Virus record (IMG/VR): IMGVR_UViG_3300027889_000037
Location: 1-59,659 of that record
Reading direction: 5' to 3' (one strand)
Source of the DNA: a virus
Taxonomy: Duplodnaviria; Caudoviricetes
Length of the DNA: 59,659 nucleotides
Part shown: piece by piece, positions 17,693-26,152 of the stretch
Layout: each line of letters opens with the position of its first letter
Position numbering within the stretch: position 1 is the first letter of the stretch
Notes under the pieces: generated by a model
The model's input: only the letters and a program-made list of their open reading frames with translations
Told to the model about the DNA's origin: nothing
Databases searched by the model: none
Position numbers and translations under genes: made by a program

Positions 17693-18677
17693 CTATATTG
17701 CTGGCGTGCAGCGCTTCGCTCGTGACCAGAAGCAGCAATTTTTAGATGTGGGCAACCTCACGGATTATATTAATAGGGCGCGACGTGAGATCGCGATGCG
17801 CTGCCAGTGCATAAGAGTCGTGCCCCCAGTTAGTGGCTCGATTATATCGTGGGCTGTGACGAATGAAGGTAGCGGGTATTCGAATAATCCGACACTGACA
17901 ATCACGCCTCCTGATTTTCCCAGCGGACAGTTGCCTAGTCCAAATGGCGCGCAGGCTACCGCGAACTGCATCGTGTCTGGTGGCAAGATCGTTTCTATCT
18001 TCAGCACCTTCGGCGGTTACGGCTATTTTCAGCCGCAGATGACAATTACCGATGCAACTGGGCATGGTGCAACAGCAACGCCGGTTATGTCGCCTATGAA
18101 TTTATTGAACGCAAATCAGGAAGAATATTTATTTAGTAATGTTGATCTTAGTAGTTTTCCTGGCGTGGAAAGTATTTTCAATGTGCGCGGTGTCACAATC
18201 ACCTATGCGAACTATAACTATTCACTTCCTTGCTACGCCTACTCGGTTTATCGCGCACAAATTGCCCAATTTCCGTTCCAGTACACCTATGTCCCAACTT
18301 TTTACACGCAGAAGGGCCAAGGAGTTTCTGGTTCGTTGCTGTTTTATCCTTGGCCTTCGCAAACGTACCAAATGAGTTGGGATTGTTGCTGCACACCAAT
18401 TGATTTGATTGACGATCAAAGTGTCGAAGCGATTCCGCAACCGTGGCAAGATGCTGTGATCTACTATGCTGCTGGTATGGCCTACGAGGAACTACAAAAC
18501 CTTAATAGTGCCCGCTGGTTCTACGACCAATTCGATAAGCGCGTACTAGGATATTCTCAGTACGCTCGTATCGGGCGAGCAACAAATCCATACGGCAGGT
18601 ACGTTTTGCCATTCATCCTGGGAGGCTTAGAACTAGCCCAGCATATTTTGTCGAGTGGTGTTCAACAATGGCTTTAG
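17682..18677 (+). CDS. Putative adaptor protein, paralogue of preceding gene with beta-repeat insertion
   Basis: GGAGG RBS before GTG 17682; LTDYINRARREIA...FYPWPSQTYQMSWDC...YYAAGMA. Confidence 0.65.
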   Translation: MLNSYIAGVQRFARDQKQQFLDVGNLTDYINRARREIAMRCQCIRVVPPVSGSIISWAVTNEGSGYSNNPTLTITPPDFPSGQLPSPNGAQATANCIVSGGKIVSIFSTFGGYGYFQPQMTITDATGHGATATPVMSPMNLLNANQEEYLFSNVDLSSFPGVESIFNVRGVTITYANYNYSLPCYAYSVYRAQIAQFPFQYTYVPTFYTQKGQGVSGSLLFYPWPSQTYQMSWDCCCTPIDLIDDQSVEAIPQPWQDAVIYYAAGMAYEELQNLNSARWFYDQFDKRVLGYSQYARIGRATNPYGRYVLPFILGGLELAQHILSSGVQQWL

Positions 18678-19344
18678 CAATTTTCAGCATGTCAGCATCC
18701 GTGCTCACATGTTTAAATTGGTTTACGGCCCATAGTACAAACCGGCAATTGTCTGGTTCGTATCCTTTTGAGTTGTCGATTCTATCTAAACTTGGGGAGA
18801 ATGGATGGCGCACAGACGCGTTCAGGATAAACTCAATATCGGTAACTTCGCATCTGCCGGTCCATTTCGCGGCACACCAATTTCGCGTCAAATTGAATGT
18901 TCTTTTAAAAGTTTTTGCGCGATGCCTGGCTCCAGTCAGTAGCGCGATCCATGGGTAACGACTTTTTACATACTTGGATTCTTTGCCGCGCTCGTCGCGC
19001 ATTTGTGCCCACGTTAGGCGATCGCGCCTTCGGCAGTAAGCCAGTTGTTTTCGGCGCAAGCGTTTCATTTTATCGCGGTGCTTTTGCGGATTTTCTTTAT
19101 ATTTTTTTCGATCCCAGCAACGTTTTGAACAGCAATCTTGCGATTTGCGTTTCGGCAAAAAAACGGTGGGACACATTATACATTTTATTTTCTCCGTTGG
19201 CAGCGGGTAGAAAATTTTTCGAGAGTTTTTTAGCGCATAAAATCTATTTCTGCATGGAAATGAACAGAATTTTTGCCGCGCACCACGACGTTTTTGTACA
19301 AATACAGCATTGCATCGTGGATTTATGCAAACAACTTCGCTCAC
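18613..19344 (-). CDS. HNH-type homing endonuclease with N-terminal Cys clusters
   Basis: SLDRIDNSKGYEPDNCRFV...NQFK; AT-rich, antisense to tail operon. Confidence 0.8.
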   Translation of the reverse strand: MSEVVCINPRCNAVFVQKRRGARQKFCSFPCRNRFYALKNSRKIFYPLPTEKIKCIMCPTVFLPKRKSQDCCSKRCWDRKKYKENPQKHRDKMKRLRRKQLAYCRRRDRLTWAQMRDERGKESKYVKSRYPWIALLTGARHRAKTFKRTFNLTRNWCAAKWTGRCEVTDIEFILNASVRHPFSPSLDRIDNSKGYEPDNCRFVLWAVNQFKHVSTDADMLKIAKAIVEHHSTKYAGLVLSLPG

Positions 19345-19613
19345 GGCGCAATATGTCCCTGCCGATCCAGCAGTCGATCAGTGTGCCAAGGATGGAAGTT
19401 GTTTATTGGAAAGTCGGTAAAATCTTCCGGTGTCAGCACACGGCCAATCCTCTTTTCGAGGCAACCGACGCACAGAAAGCCGTCCGTCATGCCAGCCGCT
19501 TTCCAAATAGTGTTGTGAACCATGTAATGCTCCCAGCGACCTTTGTGCCGGCATCCTCGTTTGCCCGAGCAAGGCGTGGTGTCGATACCGCAATCTTTGC
19601 AGATGTAGCTCAT
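19341..19613 (-). CDS. Zn-binding hypothetical protein
   Basis: CKDC...YMVH..W...LCVGCLEKRIGR.L...DF. Confidence 0.7.
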   Translation of the reverse strand: MSYICKDCGIDTTPCSGKRGCRHKGRWEHYMVHNTIWKAAGMTDGFLCVGCLEKRIGRVLTPEDFTDFPINNFHPWHTDRLLDRQGHIAP

Positions 19614-19822
19614 TTCGCGATCCTCTTGTACACTCGCGGTAGCATTGTCTCGCGCGTCGTTTTGATAAGCATCTTGCGCGTGGTAGTGTCGTACTTGAGC
19701 CCCCTGCGGGCGTCGTCCACGACACGGCGAACGACCTCGCTTGTGGTGAGGCCGAGCGCCTTGGCTTCCTCTTGGAGCCAGTCGAATTGGGGGTCGCTGA
19801 AAGTTACGGACTGTCTAGCCAT
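19610..19822 (-). CDS. Ribbon-helix-helix (CopG-like) regulator
   Basis: RQSVTF...LQEEAKALGLTTSEVVRRVVD. Confidence 0.8.
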   Translation of the reverse strand: MARQSVTFSDPQFDWLQEEAKALGLTTSEVVRRVVDDARRGLKYDTTTRKMLIKTTRETMLPRVYKRIAK

Positions 19823-19868
19823 GTGGCGCAGTGTTGCACCACTTTATGCCGTTGTCAAGGAGTAAAAA

Positions 19869-20318
19869 ATGCCCGCCACCGCCGAAAAACTCGAAACCCC
19901 AATCTCAACCTTACGCCGCTTCGCGCTCCCCGACCTGGACACCCACGGCGCCTTCCTCCTGGAGCGCCTGAAGACCTCATACGTCCATCTGAATGACCGC
20001 GCGATTCTAGGCTGGATCAGATCGTTGCTCTACGACAACGCCAACCTGTTTCTATACCAAGACCACAGCGTCGCGCTGTTCCAGCTCACCAACATCTACT
20101 CGCTGGCTCCTAAGCCCGAGATCATCGAACGTTTCGTTTTCTGCCAGGAAGGTTTCCAGAAGGAAGGTGGCGCGTTCTACGCGGAGGTGGCGCGTTGGGC
20201 GAAGCCACAGGGGATCGAGAAAATCTGGGTCGAGGAAATGAGCGACGTTCCTCACGATACGATCAAGGAAAACATTGGCCGTATCTTCACGAGGCAGCAG
20301 CAGTTTGCGCGGGTGTAG
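19869..20318 (+). CDS. Hypothetical protein (possible GNAT-like fold)
   Basis: AAGGAG RBS; ...VARWAKPQGIEKIWV pattern; tail-module position. Confidence 0.6.
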   Translation: MPATAEKLETPISTLRRFALPDLDTHGAFLLERLKTSYVHLNDRAILGWIRSLLYDNANLFLYQDHSVALFQLTNIYSLAPKPEIIERFVFCQEGFQKEGGAFYAEVARWAKPQGIEKIWVEEMSDVPHDTIKENIGRIFTRQQQFARV

Positions 20319-20321
20319 TGA

Positions 20322-22649
20322 ATGCCCCCTAACCAGCAACAACAGCCTCAACAGGGCGATCTTGCTGGCCTGACCTTCAACCAGTTTGCCGGCGTCAATA
20401 CGGCCACGACTCGTCCGGGCGTACCGGATGAGATGGCGTACTGGCTCGACGGTTTCATACCGCTCGCACCGGGCAATCTGCGCACGCTATACGGCATCGG
20501 CAGCGCGCTCTATACGGCGACCGGCGGCAAGACCATTGTCTGCTTCTATTTCTATAATCTGGGCGCCACGCCCTACGCCATCGTCTTCCTATCGGACGGC
20601 TCCGCGATCCAGGTTAACACGAATACCGGTGGGGCGACGACGGTCCTGACGGCCGGCACGATCGTCCTTCCAAGCATTCTCAATCTTGGAATCACCCAGT
20701 ACGGTTCTCAATACCTGATCATCGTTGCGAACCAGCCCAACGGCTACTGGCTTTGGGACGGTTCCTTGCTTTACACAGGCGGCACGCTCGCCCCCCAAGT
20801 GGATCTGACCAACGTCGGCAGCGCCTATCAAACGCCGCCCTCAGTGACCGCGAGCGGCGGCCACGGTTCAGGCGCAACGTTTGTCGCTACGATCGGTGGC
20901 GGCATCGTGACCAACGTTACCGAGACCAATCCAGGGTTGGGCTACTTGCCGGGCGACGTGGTGACGCTGACTTTTACGGGCGGCACGCTTGCCGGCAGCG
21001 GCGCGTCTCTTACCGCCGTTCTTACTCACGTTGTTGCGGGTTCGGGTGGCGTACTCACGCCGAATTTTGTTCTAGTTAGCTCTGGCGGCGGGAAAAGCGT
21101 TTATCAATGCACGGGCATTACGATCACGAGTGCCGGTTCTTCCTACACTACAAATATTGCCGCCGGGTTCAACGCAACACCGGCCGGGTCGTTCTGGGGA
21201 GTAAACGTATTGGCACCCACGCCCGGCGTATCGGTCACCGAAACTACCGGCGCTATAACAGGTGCTGTTCTTACTGCTAATCCAAGCAATCCCAACAATT
21301 TTTACGAGACGCCAACCGCGTCGCCGGCTTTTCCTACGATCTCGGTGACCGATACCAGCTATTACTATGTGTCAAGCGTTACGATCAGCAACGGTGGAAC
21401 GAATTACAGTCCAGGCACGACGATCACGGCGTCAAGCGGTGGTTCGCCGGTAACGCAAGCATCGATTTTGCCCATTATTTCGTCTGGCGTCATTACCGGC
21501 ACGAATATCACAAATGGCGGGGTGTACGATTCCAACTCGGCACCAACCTTGACCGTGACCGACACCGCCGTCAGTGCAGCCGGCACCGTCACCCTCATGC
21601 CGTTTGGTATCCAAGGCACTGCTGCCGAGACCTATCAGGGCCACGTCTGGGTGGTGAACGGCACACTGATCAATTTCAGCGCTCCAGGTTCAGTCTCTAA
21701 CTTCGCCACGAGCGCGGGCGGCGGCTCGGACCAGACCAACAACTCCTACACCAAGGTCGGCTACACCCAACTCGTCTCGACCAACGGCTTTCTGTTCCTC
21801 ATCGGTGACAACTCGATGGATTACATATCGGGCGTCGTCACCAACACGCCGCAGGGTGGCAATCCGACGACTACTTACACGCAAAACAACAGCGATCCCG
21901 AGGTCGGGACGCCTTATCCGGCTGCGGTGACGACGCTGGGGCAGGAGATTCTTGCCGCCAACTCGGCCGGTATCTTCGTGTCCTCGGGCGGCGCGTTCGT
22001 CAAGAAGTCCGAGCCGCTCGATGGCGTGTACAACACGGTGCCCAACTTCGGTGGTAGCCAGTTGAGTGCCGCGAAGGCGACGATCTTCGGCAAGCGGGTG
22101 TGGATGGTGCTTGCCTCGATCATCGACCCGGTTACGAATGGCCAGCAACGCAAGATTCTGATGTATAACGGCCAGCGCTGGTGGGCATCGCTGCAAGACG
22201 TGACGCTGACGTTCATCGGCGGGCAGGAGATCAACTCGGTTTACACAGCGTGGGGGACAGACGGAACGAGTCTCTACCCGCTGTTCAATCAGCCTTCGAC
22301 GGCGTTCGTGAAAACTTTCCAGACCAAGCTGTGGGACGATCCGGGCGGGATCGAGTCAACAAAGGCCGACTCGCGGTTTTGGAGCGTATGGCAGTGCTAT
22401 ACGATCACCGCGGGGCAAATCAATTTGTACATCGATGGGGTTGGTATCGACGGCAGCGGTAATCAGTACACCAACCAGCAGCAATATGGAATCGCGGGCG
22501 TGTCTGCCGCACTTGGCTATTTCGTTTCGCCACCTCTGGCGATAGGGCAGCAAGGTATTTTGACTGGTTTCACAGTTACGACTTCATCCGGCGATATCGC
22601 GTTGATCAACGCCAAGATCGCAGCCGAGAACACCGGATACCGCGGATGA
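20322..22649 (+). CDS. Tail nozzle/stabilisation protein
   Basis: 775 aa beta-rich; FAGVNT N-terminus; internal GxGY repeat insert. Confidence 0.7.
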   Translation: MPPNQQQQPQQGDLAGLTFNQFAGVNTATTRPGVPDEMAYWLDGFIPLAPGNLRTLYGIGSALYTATGGKTIVCFYFYNLGATPYAIVFLSDGSAIQVNTNTGGATTVLTAGTIVLPSILNLGITQYGSQYLIIVANQPNGYWLWDGSLLYTGGTLAPQVDLTNVGSAYQTPPSVTASGGHGSGATFVATIGGGIVTNVTETNPGLGYLPGDVVTLTFTGGTLAGSGASLTAVLTHVVAGSGGVLTPNFVLVSSGGGKSVYQCTGITITSAGSSYTTNIAAGFNATPAGSFWGVNVLAPTPGVSVTETTGAITGAVLTANPSNPNNFYETPTASPAFPTISVTDTSYYYVSSVTISNGGTNYSPGTTITASSGGSPVTQASILPIISSGVITGTNITNGGVYDSNSAPTLTVTDTAVSAAGTVTLMPFGIQGTAAETYQGHVWVVNGTLINFSAPGSVSNFATSAGGGSDQTNNSYTKVGYTQLVSTNGFLFLIGDNSMDYISGVVTNTPQGGNPTTTYTQNNSDPEVGTPYPAAVTTLGQEILAANSAGIFVSSGGAFVKKSEPLDGVYNTVPNFGGSQLSAAKATIFGKRVWMVLASIIDPVTNGQQRKILMYNGQRWWASLQDVTLTFIGGQEINSVYTAWGTDGTSLYPLFNQPSTAFVKTFQTKLWDDPGGIESTKADSRFWSVWQCYTITAGQINLYIDGVGIDGSGNQYTNQQQYGIAGVSAALGYFVSPPLAIGQQGILTGFTVTTSSGDIALINAKIAAENTGYRG

Positions 22650-23221
22650 GTCTGCCCGCCCTCTACGCGCAACCGACCGATCCTGCCTCGTGGCAGGCGT
22701 GGGCCTGGAATCATCAGGCCAACCATTTCGATATCGTGCAGGCGGGGATGCGCTACCAGAACACATCGCTCACTATCGCGACGAATATCGCTTCGCTGTC
22801 CGGCGGCTTCGTGCTCAGCTTTGCCTCGACAACTGGTGTCAAGGTCGGCATGGCGGTGAGCGATACGACCGCGCCTTCGTCGATTGCTGCCGGCAGTGAG
22901 GTGAACGGGCTCAACGCGACCGAGGTTCAGATCAGCATTGCGCTGGCGGGGAACGTAGGGAGTAGCGATAGCATCTTCTTCGGGCCGGGGGCGAACGTCC
23001 TCCCGCTCACGCAGTACCAGCTTAGTCCGGTGGACCCGGATAATCTCGGTATGTGGCTATATTTGCATTCCGTCATGCATCAGCAGATAAATCAGGTCCT
23101 TGGCACCCAAGGGTTCAATCTGCTAGACTTGGATTGGGAAGATCCGGATCAGTTCCAGCAATGGATAAATGAAAATGCTTCGGAACACCAAATGATCTGC
23201 ACTGCTTTAGGCATCGGGTAG
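22646..23221 (+). CDS. Hypothetical virion protein
   Basis: ATGA coupling; repeated W...H...H segments. Confidence 0.65.
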   Translation: MSLPALYAQPTDPASWQAWAWNHQANHFDIVQAGMRYQNTSLTIATNIASLSGGFVLSFASTTGVKVGMAVSDTTAPSSIAAGSEVNGLNATEVQISIALAGNVGSSDSIFFGPGANVLPLTQYQLSPVDPDNLGMWLYLHSVMHQQINQVLGTQGFNLLDLDWEDPDQFQQWINENASEHQMICTALGIG

Positions 23222-23230
23222 GAGGCAGCT

Positions 23231-24400
23231 TTGTCTTTTCTGAGTGACCTCGTAGAAGGCAAAACCGGCAACCTGACCAAGGACCTGTCCAACCCCTTCG
23301 ACGATGCCGGCAGCGATTTCGCCAAGCAGCCCGCCTGGGCCAAAGACCTCGAAATCGCGGCACCGGCCGTGATCGGCACGGCGTTAACCTTTGGCGGCGA
23401 TCTCCCCTTCCTGGCTGGCGGCGCGGGGCTTCTTGGTGGTGCCGACGCGGCGGCCGGCGGCGTGGCCGCGGGAGCCGACGCCCTGGGCTTCGCAGGCGAC
23501 GTGGGCGCGGATACTGCCGCGGCAGGCGGCACGGACGCCCTGAGCGCCATCGACACGGCCATAGGCGCTGGAGGGGCCGCACCGGGCGGCGCGCTCTCCC
23601 TGGCTGCTCCTGACGTGGCTGCTGCGGCCCCTGCTGGGGCTGGAGCTGCGTGGCCTGCCAGCCTTGACCTTGGGACGGGTACGGCTGCGGACGTGGGCGG
23701 TACAGCGGGTGCCCCCCTAAGCCTTACCGGTGGGGTTACGGCCACAGCAGGCTCGACCGGTCCCGGCGGCGTCCTTTCCAGCCTCACCAGCGGCTTGAAG
23801 ACCGCGGCCCCCTTCGTTGGCGCCGCCGGTTTGGGCGCCAGTCTCTACTCGGGCTACGAGCAAAAGGAACAGCTCAACTCCCTGAACAAGCAGGAAGCGG
23901 CCAACGCGCTCAACGCTGGCAACATCGCCGCCACCGCCCAGTCGATTGCCGCACCACTTCTCAACAACGGCCAAGCGCTGACCACCTACCTGACCAGCGG
24001 CACGCTTCCCCCGCAATTCCAGACCCAGGTCGATCAGACCATCGCGAGCCAGAAGGCCGGCATCATCCAGGGCTACGCCTCGCGTGGCATGTCCACCGAC
24101 CCGAAGCAGAACTCGCAGCTTCAGCAAGACCTGGCCGCGGTCGATAACTCGAAGAACGAGTTGATGACCTCGCTCGAAAGCACCTTGGCAACAGCCGGCA
24201 ACCAGATGATCACGACGGCGAATAACTTGCTGAGCCAAGGCTTGAGCGCGACGCAGCTTGAAGCGCAAATCCCGATCCAGATTTCGCAGCTCAACCAAGA
24301 ACTGAACCAGTCGATGTCGCAGGCCATCTCGAACTTCGCCGCGGCGATCAACGGCGGGCAATCGGGCGGTCAGAAGTTTAGCCTTGTGAGTACGGGATGA
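23231..24400 (+). CDS. Putative DNA ejection/internal virion protein
   Basis: AGGAGG + TTG start; Gly/Ala-rich hydrophobic N-half, Gln-rich helical C-half. Confidence 0.7.
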   Translation: MSFLSDLVEGKTGNLTKDLSNPFDDAGSDFAKQPAWAKDLEIAAPAVIGTALTFGGDLPFLAGGAGLLGGADAAAGGVAAGADALGFAGDVGADTAAAGGTDALSAIDTAIGAGGAAPGGALSLAAPDVAAAAPAGAGAAWPASLDLGTGTAADVGGTAGAPLSLTGGVTATAGSTGPGGVLSSLTSGLKTAAPFVGAAGLGASLYSGYEQKEQLNSLNKQEAANALNAGNIAATAQSIAAPLLNNGQALTTYLTSGTLPPQFQTQVDQTIASQKAGIIQGYASRGMSTDPKQNSQLQQDLAAVDNSKNELMTSLESTLATAGNQMITTANNLLSQGLSATQLEAQIPIQISQLNQELNQSMSQAISNFAAAINGGQSGGQKFSLVSTG

Positions 24401-24582
24401 ACGAACAGTGGCGTCGATACCAACTAGCGTACATAGAGCGCGACCTTGGATTAACCGGGGCGGCGGCAGAAGCTTTGTTGTCGGAACGTGCTCGGGCGTG
24501 CAGATACGCCGCCCAATTCACTAAGGCGCGGCAGAAAGCGGGCATTAAATCCGTGCGCTGGGAGGATTTTGAACGTGCCTGA
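24397..24582 (+). CDS. Hypothetical protein
   Basis: ATGA coupling, fills gap between ejection genes. Confidence 0.5.
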   Translation: MNEQWRRYQLAYIERDLGLTGAAAEALLSERARACRYAAQFTKARQKAGIKSVRWEDFERA

Positions 24583-26149
24583 ACCGGCTTTTGACGTACC
24601 GGATTCTCCCCCGCCGCTTCCAGTGGTGAGCGGAGCTACGGGTAAAGGCGATTCACCCGCCGCAGGCGGGCCGGCAAAAAGCCTCGACGACCTGACCGGC
24701 GGCAGCGACGCGCAGTATGACGCCATCACCAAGGCCGACCTCGCGCTGACCAAGCAGAAGATCGGCGCCGAGGGCGGCATGGCTGCGATCCAGAAGCGGC
24801 AGGACGATGCTTACGCACAGCGCCAGGAGCGAATGCTGGGCGCCGAAGGCGCAACCATGGACGATCTCAAGCCGTGGAACGCCGAGAAGGAGATGGCGAA
24901 GCGGGAAACCAATCTTTGGGAACAGTTCGGCTCGCCGGGCTTCGTGATCTCGATGCTGGCTTCCGCGTTCACGGCCATGCCGATGAACTCCGCGCTCAAT
25001 GCCGGTGCCGCTGCGATGAACGCGATCAACCAGGGCAAGATGGAGGACTATCACAAGGCGTTCGATGCCTGGAAGGAGAACTCGAACCTGACCTTGAAGC
25101 GCCTCGATATCGAGGAACACGAGTTCAACCAGATCGGCGACCTTCGCTCGAAGAACATGGAGTCGTGGCGGGCGCAGGCGACGGCTTTGGCGGCGCGGTT
25201 CAACGACAAGCGGCTGCAAATTCTGTTGGAGAACGGCATGGACGCACAGGCGCTCGATGCCATCGATGCCAAGGCGAAGTCGAAGGTCGAGTTGGCGGAT
25301 GCGACCAAGCGGCTGGAGCAGAATAATCTCGAACTCCAGATCGCGACGGCGTTGCGCGGCGATAGCAAGGACCCGATGAAGCTGGTGGAGGCTAAGCGAA
25401 TTGCTGAGACGATTACGGAGCCTGGACCGAAGACGCCGGAACAGCAGGCGATCATAACCGTGATGTCAGAACCAGGTTTCATTGATTTGTCGAGCGCAGA
25501 GAAGCAGAAAAAGCTCAACGAGGCGGTTGCGGGCGTGTCTCAAGCCAAATTTTTCGGCCACGGTGGCGTTCCGTCGATGGCCAAGGAGGAAACGCAGCTC
25601 GTCGAGGAATACGTCAAGCAAGGCATGTCGCGCGAGGATGCCATCAAGAAAGCAAAAGCTGCCGCTGCGCCTCCGATCACCGGCAATAAGCGCGTCGATC
25701 TGGAATCGCACCTCGGCCAGTATGACGATGCGCTCAAGATTATCGATGGTATTGACAAGACGCTGAATAAGTATGCTGGCGCTGCTGGTGTGGCCGGTCG
25801 CGCGACGCGCATGGGCGAGCGGGTTGGCAATATCCTGGGCTCGAACAACACCGACCGTGTGCAGATGATGCGCGACATTGAGCAATTGCAAGTCATGGGG
25901 CCACGCTTGTTGCTCGACCAGAAGACTGGGCGCCCGCTGTCGATTGAGGCCGGTAAAATCAGCGATATTATCGCTGGCCTGAACATGGGCGACACCACGG
26001 CGAACACTTTGCGTGCGATGAAAGAGATCAAGGAGCGACTGACGACGATCCGTGACCGCGACAAGGCGCAGATGGGTGGTGCTGCCGTTGCCGACCCGCC
26101 ACCCGTGACCGAAGACAAGCCTTGGGAAAACGACCCTATTCAAAAGTGA
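24575..26149 (+). CDS. Putative internal virion/ejection protein
   Basis: GGAGG + GTG 24575; long alpha-helical protein. Confidence 0.7.
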   Translation: MPEPAFDVPDSPPPLPVVSGATGKGDSPAAGGPAKSLDDLTGGSDAQYDAITKADLALTKQKIGAEGGMAAIQKRQDDAYAQRQERMLGAEGATMDDLKPWNAEKEMAKRETNLWEQFGSPGFVISMLASAFTAMPMNSALNAGAAAMNAINQGKMEDYHKAFDAWKENSNLTLKRLDIEEHEFNQIGDLRSKNMESWRAQATALAARFNDKRLQILLENGMDAQALDAIDAKAKSKVELADATKRLEQNNLELQIATALRGDSKDPMKLVEAKRIAETITEPGPKTPEQQAIITVMSEPGFIDLSSAEKQKKLNEAVAGVSQAKFFGHGGVPSMAKEETQLVEEYVKQGMSREDAIKKAKAAAAPPITGNKRVDLESHLGQYDDALKIIDGIDKTLNKYAGAAGVAGRATRMGERVGNILGSNNTDRVQMMRDIEQLQVMGPRLLLDQKTGRPLSIEAGKISDIIAGLNMGDTTANTLRAMKEIKERLTTIRDRDKAQMGGAAVADPPPVTEDKPWENDPIQK

Positions 26150-26152
26150 TTT

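Noticed and set aside
18915-19865. 316-aa plus-strand ORF
   Set aside because: Opposite three coupled, motif-bearing minus-strand genes
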